Assembly (NCBI GenBank): GCA_036785375.1
Contig: JAWMAR010000471.1
Coordinates: 620,001 to 684,000, forward strand
Direction: 5' to 3'
Origin: Leucoraja ocellata
Lineage: Eukaryota
Length of the DNA stretch: 64,000 nucleotides
Shown in pieces: positions 1-13,069 of the stretch. The position numbers were made by a program, and so were the translations under genes. Below the pieces are notes generated by a model. That model searched no databases, was not told where the DNA came from, and saw only the letters and a program-made list of their open reading frames with translations. Positions within the stretch are counted from its first letter, which is position 1. Every line of letters begins with the position of its first letter.

Positions 1-1639
1 GTTGAGCACCCTAGCTTAAAAAGTAACACAGGTGTTTGTGCAATAAATTAGTGTATGGGTCTGGAAGCAGAGAGAGAAGGTCCTGCAGATAGGACAACAG
101 TTGGAAATTAGGCTGATATAGCTTATTTTCAATAGACAATAAGTGCAGGTGTAGGCCATTCGGCCTTCGAGCCACCACCGTCATTCATGTGATCAAGGTT
201 GATCATCCACAATCAGTACCCCGTTCCTGTCTTCTCCCCTTTTCTTCCCTGACTCCACTATCCTTTAAGGGACCTATCTAGCTCTCCTCTTGACAGTATC
301 CAGAACCGGCCTCCACAGACTCAGTACTATGTGTGAAAATTTGTTTCGGTATCTCCATCAAAATGGCGTACCCCTTATTATTAAACCGTGGACCTGGTTC
401 TGGACTCTCCCAACATCGGGAACATGTTTCCTGCCTCGAGCGCGTCCAACCCCTCAATAACATTATATGTTTCAAAAATAATCCCTCTCATCCTTCTAAA
501 TTCCAATATATACAAGCCCAGTCACTCCATTATTTCAACATCTGCCAGTGCAGCCATCCCGGTTAGAACCGACCGTTGAGAAAATCAAAGTTCTGAAGTC
601 TACCTGTAGACGCCTATCATGAACTAATGTAACTAACTAAACTAGCACGCTGTACTAATTGGTGGCCAGTAATAAAGCCATTAGTGAATGTCTTTGCCAA
701 TTCGGCATTTGGACACATTTACTAAGTACACCGTGTTTTAGAGTCGCTGTTGCTCATTTACCGGAGTGGTGCTGGATTAGCGTTGCAGGGAGAGATTGGT
801 CATATTTGGATTCTTTCCCTCTGGAATGTCGGAGATTGCAGGAAGATCTGGTTGAGGTATGTAACGTTATGAGAGGCTACGGTAGGGTCTGCTCCCCCAA
901 CGCACCCGTTCCCTACCCGTAGCCCCACAGGAGGCGTGGTCCCCAACTCAAGCCGTTCCCGAACGTAAGTGAAGCTGATCACTGCTAGCCGAGCCATTGT
1001 GACATCATCAGTAGAAGCTAGTCGGTTTACAATTCAGTCTTTTGATTTTTTTAGAACTTCAATCAGTAATGTCGAGAAATAAAGCATAACATGTTCAGCG
1101 AAGGTATTTTCGGCCTCGAGAGGGAAAATGTCAATCAGAATATGTAAAAATGTAATCGTTACCGCGTCGGGAGCGGAGGATTTGGAGAGAGAGTACTCAA
1201 CTCAAATTTGGAGCTATACAATTCTCAGCCGCCATCGGTGAAGAAAATAATTAATGAATTTCTCACATTTCTTTGCCCTGCTGGAGGAAATAAATCCGAC
1301 TGTGAGCACTCACTCGAATCTCCAATAGGCAGAGCTCCAACGTCGGCGCTGCATCAATGGAGGTGGGACATTAATGCAAATCGATTCAGCATCTCTTTAC
1401 CACACAGGTGGAACTTACTCACTTTACCGCCCTCTACTGGACACTCGCTTGTTACTCATTGCTTGCATTAAAAATATAATTAGTAATGCCAACTTGTATG
1501 AATAACACCTCACTCACTACATTTGGCTGCATCTGGCACTGAATTACTAATTGTACTGAAAACCGAACACATCTGTAAGAAGCAACGGGGCATTACATTC
1601 AGTGCGAGAAACAAATATAAAATGGAACTCTCATTAACG

Positions 1640-2155
1640 TACCGCTGTATCCATCGAAAGCATCCTGATCACCTGCTTCACGGTATGGTACAGCAGTTGC
1701 CACCGTAGCGGACAGGAAGGCACTACAACGGGTGGTGAAAACCGCTCAGTATATCATCGGTGCCCGCTCCCTGCCATGGATGCCCTGCACCGAAAACGGT
1801 GTCTGAGACGGGCCGGGAAGTTCATCAAAGACCCCTCCCCACCCTAACCAGGGACTGTTTGCCCACCTCCCATGAGGGAGGCGGTACAGGAGCCTCGGGT
1901 CTCGTACTAGTAGGACGAGGAACAGCTTCTACAAGAACACTATCACATTGCTGAACTCGGAGTCCCGCCGATAGATTTCTCCAGTCTCTCCGTCCGCATT
2001 GTTTTGCTTATTCTGTATGTTTTATTTCTATATTGCACTATTACTACGGACTGAAGCTAAACTGCATTTCGTTGTACCCATACTTGTATCTGTGCAATGA
2101 CAATAAAGTTGAATTGAATTTAATTGAATTGAATTGAATTGTATTGAATTGAATT
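1640..2155 (+). mobile_element. Rex1/Babar-like LINE 3' fragment
   Basis: Degenerate YRC..ESIL...VWY...LQRVV...GRRYRSL RT C-terminus and (GAATT)n tail; mirrored at about 61820-62350. Confidence 0.7.
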
Positions 2156-2609
2156 AAAATGTTGCAGGAAGAATTGTATTAAACACATTGGTGCACATGG
2201 GCATTTACATACGTAAACATGGAACGTCTCAAAGAATTGTAGAGAAATGCATGCAATGTTTAGGACCATAACTCTCTGTCTGTTTTCATTGCGTGCTGGA
2301 GACGTGCCCCTGGATTCAAAGGAAGGTGGAAACAGTTAACGGCGAGGCTCAATTCCGGAGTCATTGGAGGTCTGCTACAGTACAACATAGCACTCGTTCC
2401 ACATGGCCGCCCTTCCCACTAGGCACTTTGAACAACGCGCCCGTGTTGCATGTTAAATAGATGGCCAAATATGCATTCCAGTGCAGGGGACTGCAGGTTC
2501 AGATTGTATTTTCTCAGCTATGTTTTTGAAATTTATGCGGAAAGCTTTCAGACAAAACTCTTCATTACCTAGTTTTTGCACTGACTCACGGTGGGATTAG
2601 TAATATATG

Positions 2610-3521
2610 TTATTTTACACCAGGTTTTCTCGATTTTATTAAACTTACAGTTAGGGTGAAGGGGTACATGAGTACCTGGAGCAGATGCTCTCTGAACCTC
2701 CTCTGGGTCCGGTGTAAATGACCGTGTTTGGTGCAGGTGCTCAACAGTTGTAGCAGAATTCCAGTTTGTTAAATGTTGGAAATCGGTTCATCAACACCCC
2801 TGGCCCGAAATGCATTCGTAATTCGATAGAAAACGAAATATACTACATTTGTGCTCCAGAGCACCATAAAACTGCTGGAGATTGCAAGGAGTAAAATTAC
2901 AGACCGTCTGCGGTTTGCGATCTCGGGGTCCTCATTACTGAGATCGCGGAGTTTTCTGCGGACACGACTGGCCACTAAAATTCGTCTAACTGTGAGCACG
3001 TTCATCAGCATAATTAAACAAAATGGAATGACAGGGACAAGCAGCTGTTGAGTCCAGGAAAATGCTATCCACGAGGATAGGCTATAGAAGTGATATCTTA
3101 TTAGGCAACCCCACTGTATACCCTGCTGATCCCTGACATGATAATTGTACGCAAACGGCCAGGGGACGTTCAGTAAACAGAAGAACGCAGTTAGGGTCAC
3201 TATAACCACCAGCGCGGTTCTCTCCGTGCAGTATCTGGTTCTCAGATTCTGAGTGGAAATGGCCACAAAGCGATCAAATGTGAAAGCGACCGTGAGCCAA
3301 ACAGAACAGGCAACGGCCGCGGGAGCAGGACATAATGGACCTGCACACAGTATTGTGGAGTAAGAATGTGTCCCACCAGTAAAGGTCGGCAATCCGATGT
3401 AATATCACTTCGCAGACAATCACCGAGAGGTCCGCCGTCGCCATGGCCACCAGGTACCGAGTGGTGCATTTGGAGAGACCACAATTTCTGCGCGACAGGA
3501 TCACAATCGCCAACAGGTTCA
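2610..3521 (-). pseudogene. GPR139/GPR142-like GPCR 'A', exon 2; frameshifted (pseudogene or consensus errors)
   Basis: ORFs 3274-3570 and 2769-3392 are two frames of one 7TM sequence nearly identical to intact GPCR-E (60642-61555). Acceptor ttttccag at 3522-3529. Net -2 shift near 3325-3331, in-frame TAA at 2769-2771, further +1/-1 indels near 2710-2735, paralogous stop at 2610-2612. Confidence 0.85.
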
Positions 3522-4419
3522 CTGGAAAAGAGAAAACTGTCGTTACATGTAAGAGAAACGCGATGCTCATTTGGAGGCGGGGGTCACATTTGGGTTACAC
3601 TTTGCACATTTTTTCGAAAACAACTGGCCCACATGCAAACCTGTGTGCGTGCTAAGGAGCTGTGCGGATTAGCTAACAGCGGTATACGCAGGCAGCGTGA
3701 GCTGTCTCCCAGCCACCCGTGATGCACCGCAGACTGCATATAGCAGCAAAACATGTCCGCATCAGATGCCATCGTCCTGGACCTAAACAGTTCCCGGGAA
3801 CAGCCGGGCAACAAAGGTGTCGAAAGTTAGATTCCCATTTCTCCGCTGGAGAACTTGCCTTCAACACTATTCCCATCCAAACCATTGATTAACTCACGAG
3901 CCTTAGCGATCAGCACCCAGCTTGCGAGTGCACACTTGACGTTCTAATGAACATACCTTAATCAGTGAGAATTAGTATTAACACCACTTCCACAATAATT
4001 CTCTACAACGGTGCCGCATAAAGATGTCTTCCCCGTCCCCGACTCTTCACCCTGTGCACTCACGACCCCGCGTCCAAATTTGCTGTGACTGCTCCCGCAA
4101 GTTTCCAGATAATGACAATCTATACGTCCATATCAACTAGTCGAAGGAGCAATTGTCGATTTCAGGAAAGCGATGGATCACCGGCACAATCAATGATGCT
4201 GAAGTGGAATTGATTGAGGATTTCAAGTTCCTCGGAGTTAATATTACCAACGATATTTCATGGACGACCACATCGAAGGGAAAGCCAATGGCAGAACAAC
4301 ACCTTTACTGGGAAGTCTGAGGAACTTTGACCTGCCTCTGATGACTCAAACATGCTGCTACAGATTAGCGTAGAAAGCATACTGTTGGGTACAATACAGC
4401 TTCTGCGGGCACATCTCAA

Positions 4420-5440
4420 TACAACAATACACAATACACAATACAATTTATTTGTAGGCTTGAACCTCATAGAGGCTCAAATGAAATGTTTCTGCGGCCA
4501 TCCACGCAAGAAAAAAAGACCCAAGACACAACACAATTTACACAGACATCCATCACAGCGCATCTCCTCCTCGCTGTGATGGAAGGCAAAAAAACAGTAT
4601 CTCTCCCCAGCACTCCCATTTACCTCCCGCTGTCAGAGGCAAAACCCCCGGCGGGCGATGGCAATTGTCCGCGGCCATTAACGCCGCGCAGGGTGATGCA
4701 AGGCCGCGCTCCGGGTCTTGTTGTTGGAGCCTCCGGCGGGCGCTAGAAAAGTCCCGCAGCCGTTGAAGCCACGCCGGGCGATGATGTAGGCCCCGCTCCA
4801 GGTAATCCTCGACCCGCGACTCGGGCAGGAGAAGTCGCCGTTGCGGAAGCCCCCGAAAAGCGGTCTCTCAGCAGGGACCGCGGGCTCCCGATATTACTGT
4901 CTGCCAGACCTGCGGTAAGCCTCCGGAATCTCCGGGGGTCGGGTCGCAGCAGCGCGCCACCACAGCTCCACCCGCTCCGGACTCGGCCAGCTCCATGATG
5001 GTGAGTCGCTCCGCAGCTCCGCGACTGGAGCCCCAGGTCGTTCCTGCTGGAGGCCGCTCCACGTTGCAGCCCCAACGACAGGGAAGAGGTCGGGTTGTCC
5101 GTGCAGCGGAAAGATTTTAAAAGTTTCCGCCCCCCCCCCCCACACACACACATACCCCAAAAAATAAATTAAAACCACATGTATTTATCTACTTATTTAT
5201 TTATTTATTTATTTTATTTATTCCGAACAAGTAAAGACATTAAAGACATTAATAGTGACAAAATCGAAATTATCAAATAATTGGACATTACAATCAATGT
5301 TTACAAGCAATGAAAAGAACAAAAAGCAAATGTCCAATGTCCAACTCTGTGTCTGTACAAGCTCGAAAAGGAGTGAGAAGAAGAATAACTTATTAAATCT
5401 CACCCCCTACATTAAAACGGGACCAAAAATAACAACCGCT
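4420..5440. mobile_element. Interspersed repeat insertions in the intron of the left-arm GPCR only
   Basis: Begins with (ACAAT)n and (TTTA)n tails; absent from the right arm. Confidence 0.55.
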
Positions 5441-5874
5441 CGTTCCATCACCCGTCCCTGCACCCGTCGGGTAGAACATAACAGAAGGCTTAAATGCTTG
5501 CAACACCAGACTCAGAACAACTTATACGCTCTGTTGGCAGGATTCTTGAGCCGCTCTTCCATATGCCAGGGCGTTGCCGTTTCACCTCTATCCCCCTTGC
5601 GGACATTGGGCTTTGTGGATGGTGATACGCAGCAGTGCGCTCCCAAACTTGAACTACGCTCTGCACTCCGATTTCCCCTCTCACACTACCTGTTACTGAG
5701 ATTGAATAGTTTGTACTGATATTTAATATTATTTGATCTAGGTGCATTGTTGTCATGTCTCTCCGGAAGCTTTTTGCAGCCCCGGAGAGACATGAACAAC
5801 AATGCACCTAAACCTGAATCTGAAGAGAATTAACCTGTGCCAGATCCAATGAAAGACCAACGATCAAGTAGATT

Positions 5875-6045
5875 AACAAAGGAATAGGTGACGTTTCGGG
5901 TCGAGACCCTTCTTCAGACTGATCAGTCTCGACCCGAAACGTCACCCATTCCTTCGCTTCATAGATGCCGCTTCACCCGCTGTCTAATTCTCTAGCATAT
6001 TTGTCCACCTTCGATTTCTCCAGCAACTGCAGTAATTTCTTAAAC
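5875..6045. mobile_element. Penelope-derived short palindromic repeat with hammerhead-like core
   Basis: Inverted repeat; CTGAAGA-AGGGTCTCGACCC-GAAACGTC on minus strand at 5890-5917; mirror copy at about 59135-59300. Confidence 0.65.
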
Positions 6046-6187
6046 ATTTCTTAATACCGCCCTAACCTGAAGAATGCAGTCTAGCATTCCCGTGTTTGGC
6101 ACACTATTTTCACTTTACCTTATACATTGTCTTTATCAACACTTCATCCCACGTCTCAGTCCCACTTACTGCGTTCCATTGACCTAC

Positions 6188-6257
6188 CTGGTATTGCAAT
6201 TGCTGCTAGAATTGGATAATAATAATATTCAACTGTCAAGTGCCGCATCCAACTCAT
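6188..6257 (-). CDS. GPCR 'A' exon 1 (MSWMRHLTVEYYYYPILAAIAIP)
   Basis: 70 nt from ATG to G|gtaggt donor; phase 1 joins exon 2 as P-V-N-L-L; paralogous to 58912-58981. Confidence 0.85.
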
Positions 6258-7514
6258 TTTTCCGTCAAGCCGTCCGCTGTTATGCAGTGCAAAAGTATAG
6301 AAGTCAAAGTGAGAAGTAAAACAACGCTGTATTTATATTCTTCCGACAAAATGAAGGACAGCGTGCGTTCACCTCCCCGCGGACATTTCTTGTGGAACAT
6401 TGAACACATAGTTTGCTCCCAGGTGATGCAAAGCGATCAAACTCATTATGCGATCGCTCGGTACTCAGGCACCAGCTGAGCACCAACAGAACAAAGGAAC
6501 TGTAAAATAACGACTGCACATTCTATTTTTAAATTTTAACGCGTGGCACGCAGATGCAGCAAAATTCATGTTATGTAGCATTATACGCACATGCTGCGAT
6601 GTAATACAGTATATTATTTGTAGCATTTGTAATGCATTTTCCAGACACCGTTCCACTCATTTACATACCGTTAATAATTTGATCTGGGATTTCCGTGGAG
6701 CTCCCTTTCAAAGGAAAGATAATCACTTTTGGGCAGGGTCTAAATTATGTAAATTACAGGGAACCTTCTAGACGACATTGTATACAATTCAGATACAACA
6801 GCAGCATTAATGTCTTTCAACTGTTGGCACTTCATGAAGTAAAGAAAATGCGAATATAATGTGTAACGTGACAACTGACTGGAAATAAACAGCGGCTATA
6901 AATATTCTTGATCAACAGGTTATCTTTAAATGAATGTGTTAAATCATAAAACACAGAGGTGAACAGCTTTTGGTGTTATTCCAAAATAATTAGGGCGAAA
7001 TCTCTCATGCATTAATCCGTTTTGAGATATCACGAATGTGGATGTGCAAGATAATAGAACGAATTGATGGGTCTGATCGGCTGTAAATGTTTGGGGATAG
7101 ATCATATTTGTAAGAAAGATTTGACCTAAGAAAAGAAGTGTCATGTTTGCTGCACTCGACCATAAGGAATTCACAGGAAAAAAAAAAACTTCACGGGGCT
7201 GTACAGCACAGGAACAGGGATATTATTTTTCGAAATAATGAATTAAGGATCAATTTAAACTGGGGAATATGCAAATCTCCTCACACGAATGATACTAGTA
7301 TTGGACAGTGTGAACTGTGTGATGGACTGGATAATGCAGAATTGTTTTCCCTCTGCAACGAACAAAACCATGATGAGTTATGGAGGGTTAAAATATGACA
7401 AGGTGGTCAGTTCAGGTATTACCTACTGAACCTTCTGAATTTTGAAGTAGGCAGGGCAGTACTCTGCATATCGCCAAGTTGGATAATTTAACGTTTTTTT
7501 TATCAAGCCAATTA

Positions 7515-8768
7515 ACATAGAAACATAGAAAATAGTTGCAGGAGTAGGCCATTCGGCCCTTCGAGCCTGACCGTCATTCAATATGATCATGGCTGATCAT
7601 CCAACTCAGAATCCTGTACCTGCCTTCTCTCCATACCCCCTGATCCCTTTAGCCACAAGGGCCAACATCTATCCCCCCTCTTAAATATAGCCAATGAACT
7701 GGCCACAAACTACCTTCTGTGGCAGAGAGTTCCAGAGATTTCACCACTCTGTGTGAAAAAATGTTTTTGTCATCTGGGTCCTAAAAGAATTCCCCTTTAT
7801 CCTTAACCTGTGACCCCATTGTCCTGGACTTCCCCAACAACGGTAACAATCTTCCTGCATCTAGCCTGTCCAACACCCCTTAAGAATTGTGTAAGTTTCT
7901 ATAAGATACCCCCTCAATCCTCTAAAGTCTAGCGTGTACAAACCGAGCCTATCAAGTCTTTCTTCATATGAAAGTCCTGGCATCCCAGTAGTCAGTCTGG
8001 TGAGCCTTATCTGTACTCCCTCTATGGTAAGAATGCCTTTCCTCACATGTGGATAACAAACTGTACGCAATACTCCAGGTGTGGTTTCACCAAGACCCTG
8101 TACAACTGAAGTAGAACCCCCCTGCTCCTATACTCTAATCCTTTTTTCTATGAATGCTAACATACCATTCGCTGTCTTCGCTGCCTGCTGCACCTTGCAT
8201 GTCTACTTTCAATGACTGGTGTACCATGACACCCAGGTATCGTTGCATCTCTCCTTTTCTTAATCGGCCACCATTCAGATAAAGTCTACTTCTTGGTTTT
8301 GCCACCAACGTGGATAACCCTCACATGTAAACACATTATATTGCATCTGCCATGCATTTTCCACTCACCCAGCCAATCCAAGTCACACTGCAGCCTCCTA
8401 GCATCCTCCTCACAGCTAACATTGTCCCCCAGCTTCGTGTCATCGTAAACTTGGAGATGTTGCATTCAATTTCCTTGTCCAAATCATTAATATATATGTG
8501 AATAGCTGGGGTCCCAGCACTGAGCCTTGCGGTACCCCACTAGTCACTGCCTGCCATTCTGAAAAGGACCCGTTTACCCCTACTCTTTGCTTCTTGTTTG
8601 CCAGACAGTTCTCTATCCACATCAATACTGAACCCCCAATACCGTGTGCTTTAAGTTTGTTTACTATCTCTTATGTGTGACCTTGTCGAAAGTTTCTGAA
8701 AGTCCAGATATAAACACATCCACTGGTTCTTCGTTATCCACTCTACTAGTTTACATCCTCGTTAAATT
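7515..8768 (-). mobile_element. CR1-clade LINE 3' portion
   Basis: RT motifs QRVGVNGSFSEWQAVTSGVPQGSVLGP and GLSYEERLDRLGLY; (TTTCTATG)n tail. Confidence 0.88.
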
Positions 8769-8968
8769 NNNNNNNNNNNNNNNNNNNNNNNNNNNNNNNN
8801 NNNNNNNNNNNNNNNNNNNNNNNNNNNNNNNNNNNNNNNNNNNNNNNNNNNNNNNNNNNNNNNNNNNNNNNNNNNNNNNNNNNNNNNNNNNNNNNNNNNN
8901 NNNNNNNNNNNNNNNNNNNNNNNNNNNNNNNNNNNNNNNNNNNNNNNNNNNNNNNNNNNNNNNNNNNN
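8769..8968. other. Assembly gap (200 N)
   Basis: N run. Confidence 1.
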
Positions 8969-9760
8969 AACACCAGGAAAACAAAAGAGCTCATGTGTCG
9001 ACTTCAGGAGGCACAGCACCGACTTAGTCCCCCTATATCAACGGCGAGTGTGTGGAGAGGGTCAACACCTTCCGGTTTCTCGGCGTCCATATCGCTGCTG
9101 ATATCTCCTGGACAGACAACACGACAGCGGTCATCAAGAAGGCTCAGCAGCGGCTGCACTTGCTGAGGGTCCTCAGGAAGCACAACCTGGACTCTAACCT
9201 GCTGCTGACCTTTCTACCGCTCGTACATCGAGAGCCTACTGACATACTGCATTACAGCATGGTATGGCAGCTGCACCATGGCAGACAGGGAGAGGCTTCA
9301 GAAGGTAACTAGGACATCACAGAAGATCATTGGCTGCCCTCTCCCCTCCCTGATGGACATTTACACCTCCCGCTGCCTTAGCAGGGCAAAGAATATCATC
9401 AAGGACAGCTCCCATCCTGCGTTTGGACTGTTCGACCTGCTGCCCTCTGGAAGGCGCTATAGGTGCATCAAATCCAGGACAAATAGACTCAGGAATAGTT
9501 GTTTTCCGAAAATTATAATTACTCTTAATTCACACATGCACTGACTTCACAGCCCAACACCCGGACTTTCCATCTGTATATATGTATGTAGCGCCCCAGA
9601 ATTGTGCACCTACCCCCCCCCCCCCCCCTCTTCTCCTTCTGTTTTGTTTTCTGTTTCTTGTTTTCGTATTAAATTATATGTATGCACTGAGTACGAGCAG
9701 CTTTTAATTTCATTGTACATGTATAGTGACAATAAATGGCATATCATATCATATCATATA
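8969..9760 (+). mobile_element. Rex1/Babar-like LINE 3' fragment
   Basis: ERVNTFRFLGVHI...KKAQQRLH and LLPSGRRYR motifs; (ATATC)n tail. Confidence 0.8.
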
Positions 9761-10182
9761 AAACGTGGATTCAAGTGGCTTATTATAACTATTAGAAGTG
9801 GATTCTAAGAAGGTAGTGTTTTTATTAAAATTACAATAAGATGTTTGGTAATCACAGTGTCATAAATGAAAGGGTAGAGGCGGCGGGTACATCTGGAATA
9901 CGTAATCAGAATGGACATTATTTTATGGGAAATACTTTAATTTAACTTTAAGCTTCACATCATTAACGTCGTGTTAAAACGGAATTGCCTAACAGCTGCT
10001 GAACAGACGAAACATCGCGTTCCACCCAAAAATAAATGATCTTCAAATATACATAATTATCCACAGGTTTCCCTGATCATCCATCCATCTATTATTATAT
10101 CTCTATTTCCTGGCAGTCCAGCTGATCACAACAGCAATCACAGCCACCTAGAGGCAGAGAATACGCAACAGCACTCGTCAAT

Positions 10183-10817
10183 TAACCATATAACAAAACA
10201 TATAACAATTACAGCACGGAAACAGGCCATCTCGGCCCTACAAGTCCGTGCCGAACAACTTTTTCCCTTAGTCCCACCTGCCTGCACTCATACCATAACC
10301 CTCCATTCCATTCTCATCCATATGCCTATCCAGTTTATTTTTAAATGATACCAACGAACCTGCCTCCACCACTTCCACTGGAAGCTCATTCCACACCGCT
10401 ACCACTCTCCGAGTAAAGAAGTTCCCCCTCATGTTACCCTAAACTTATCCCTCTCCTTGTTATCCCTCTCTTTGTACAATTTTAACATTACATCCCAGCT
10501 TCTATACTCAATGTTCTGATTTATAAAGGCTAGCATACCAAAAGCTTTCTTTACCACCCTATCTATATGAGATTCTACCTTCAAGGAACTATGCACGGTT
10601 ATACCCAGATCCCTCTGTTCAACTGTATTCTTCAATTCCCTACCATTTACCATGTACGTTCTTTTTAGATTTGTCCTGCCAAGGTGTAGCACCTCACATT
10701 TATCAGCATGAAACTCCATCTGCCATCGTTCAGCCCATTCTTCCAAATGGCCTAAATCACTCTGTAGACTTTGGAAATCCTCTTCAAAGTCTACAGAGTG
10801 ATTTAGGCCATTTGGAA
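10183..10817 (-). mobile_element. CR1-clade LINE fragment with 5' fold-back
   Basis: LQSDLGHLEEWAERWQMEF...KCEVLH...QRDLG; perfect 33-bp inverted repeat at 10741-10817. Confidence 0.85.
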
Positions 10818-10868
10818 TTCTGCAAGGCACAGAAAGAACATGCAAACCAAATAAGACGTTTAATATGT

Positions 10869-11345
10869 TTAAGAAGGGGCTGCAGATGCTGGAAAATAGA
10901 AGGTAGCCAAACGTGCTGGAGAAACTCAGCGGGTGCGGCAGCATCTGTGGGGCGAAGGAAATAGGCGGAAATCCTTCTACAGACTGATGTTGGCGGGGGC
11001 GGGAAAAATAAAGAAAGAGGAGGAGCCAGAGGGGCTGAGGGAGAGCTAAGAATGGGAGGAGACAGTGAGGGCTACCGGAAATTGGAGAAGTCAATGTTCA
11101 TGCCGCTGTGGTGTAAATTACCCAAACGAAATATGAGATGCTGCTCCTCCAATTTCCGGCCGTGCTCACTCTGGCCATGGAGGAGGCCCAGGACAGAAAG
11201 GTCAGATTCGGAATGGGAGGGGGGATTGACGTGCTGAGCCGCCGGGAGATCAGGTTGGTTATTGCGGACCGAGCGGAGATGTTCGGAAGGAACTTCAGAT
11301 GCTGGAGAATCGAAGGTAGACAAATCAAGTGCTGGAGGAGGAACA
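10869..11345 (-). mobile_element. Penelope-like element 3' fragment
   Basis: RKLEEQHLIFRLGNL...GMN resembles the C-terminus of the PLE GIY-YIG endonuclease; followed by the short repeat seen elsewhere in the window. Confidence 0.72.
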
Positions 11346-11664
11346 TATAATACAAAGGTTACTTGGAATTCGCCCATGGAAGTGCATGGGTTGGACCGTG
11401 GTGATCCGTTCCTGAGCGACGCGTTATGAATAAGACGAGAGAGACGGCTCAAAGATGCAAGCATTTTATTTAGGAGCTATATCCGTAAATATATTATCTA
11501 TCCCGTTTCTGTACCGCTGGTCTCTCGTCCTCAAACACGCTGAGACGGCGCACAGAGCGATATTGAAGATAAAGAGATTGTGAATCGCACCCCTCCCTCC
11601 ACCCACGCCCCGACACACATTTCCATTTGAACATATATTTATTCTTTGTACTTATTATCAAGGG

Positions 11665-12140
11665 AATCAAATGTTGCATTCCCGATCCTGGCCTCGCTCC
11701 ACTGGCTCCCTGTGCGGTTCCGTATACATTTCAAGACCCTCATCTATGTCTACAAAGCCATCGATGGGCTTACCCGCTCCTACATTAAAAGTCTTCTCAC
11801 CCACAACTCAGATCGAACGACTTGGGGCGTCTGAATATCCCTCGGTCTAGGCATAAACTTAGGGGGCGACCACGCCTTTGCGGTTACAGCTCCTAGAGTG
11901 TGAAACAGCATCCCCCTTCCCATCAGAACTGCCCCCTCCATCGACTCCTTTAAGTCTAGACTAAAACATTGTCTATACTCACAAGCCTTTCCTGACGTCC
12001 ACTGAGCGAGGGTTATATGTATATATGTATGTAGTTTGTTTGTTTATACTATTCTTATAACAAATGTAAAGCACTTTGACCAACGAGAGATGTTTTTTAA
12101 ATGTGCTATATAAATAAATGTGACTTGACTAAATGTGACT
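11665..12140 (+). mobile_element. L2-clade LINE 3' fragment
   Basis: PILASLHWLPVRFRIHFK...YKA motif. Confidence 0.75.
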
Positions 12141-12173
12141 ATTCTCACTTGTACTCACTATTTGACCCATTTC

Positions 12174-13069
12174 CTAATTTCTTTCAAGGGGGGATTGAAT
12201 CGCATTTTTCAACTGCTCTCTGAATTTGGTCTGCGTCCCTGCATAAATACAGGAGTTGGTGCAGGAACTGAGAAGCTCCAACATGTATCCGCTCTCCTGT
12301 AGAATAAACCTTGGGGTCATTGGAATTGGAGCCGCTGGCATAATAACTATGCTGGTAAATTGCACATATAGAAAATTGACAACATATGTCAACCGCAACA
12401 GGAGAAAACTGCCCGAGATTGCCATGAGTAAAATGATGGACTTTCGCCTGCTCTCCATCTCTGGGTCCCTCTGTTTGGGACCAGTGCTCTGGGCCCTGAG
12501 CCTCCTGCGAACTCCACTGGCTGACAGAATGTGCCTGACCGTCAGAATATTGAGCAGGAAAATCGAAACGAAGGGGAAAAAGGGATTTATAATGCGGTCA
12601 AACCAGTCAGAAACCCTCCATGCAATCGAAGTATAATAGACATCTTTTATGGTGCAGTACCAGGGCACATCGTCAATGATGTAGGCAGGCTCGTATACAA
12701 AGTAGGTTGGACGTTTTTTCAAACAACCCACCACACAGATTGCGCACACGACGATATTCGCGATTCTCTCGCGGCAATACCTAAGCTTCAGTCCCTGGCA
12801 ACAAATGGCGATGAAGCGATCGAATGTGAATGCGACCGTCAGCCAAGAGGACGTGTCCTTGGACGCCCAGCTCAGGACAATAACGAGACTGCAACCCGGA
12901 GTGACGGAGAGCAAGCTGACTGGAAAATATATCGCTCGAAGTCGGCTTAATATCACAGCGTTAATAATAACCAGGAAATCCGTCACTGCCATGAACACCA
13001 GGTAGCGTGTGATGCATTTGGAGAGACCACATCCTCCGATTGACAGGATGACTATCGTTACTAAGTTCG
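12174..13069 (-). CDS. GPR139/GPR142-like GPCR 'B', exon 2
   Basis: Acceptor ttctcttacag ending at 13070; reads (A)NLVTIVILSIGGCGLSKCITRYL...WLTVAFTFDRFIAICC...SSCTNSCIYAGTQTKFREQL. Local compensating indels are present and the true stop may be 12158-12160. Confidence 0.88.

Larger units (their letters stand above)
192..7425. repeat. Left arm of inverted segmental duplication
   Basis: Collinear reverse complement of about 57760-64000 (position 192 pairs with 64000), including unique flanks, intron and shared repeats. Confidence 0.92.

Noticed and set aside
4743-5178. GC-rich ORFs here and at 23746-24314 and 56567-57130
   Set aside because: Inside interspersed repeats, low complexity, no recognisable domain.
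8644-9027. ORFs spanning N runs
   Set aside because: Artefacts of assembly gaps.
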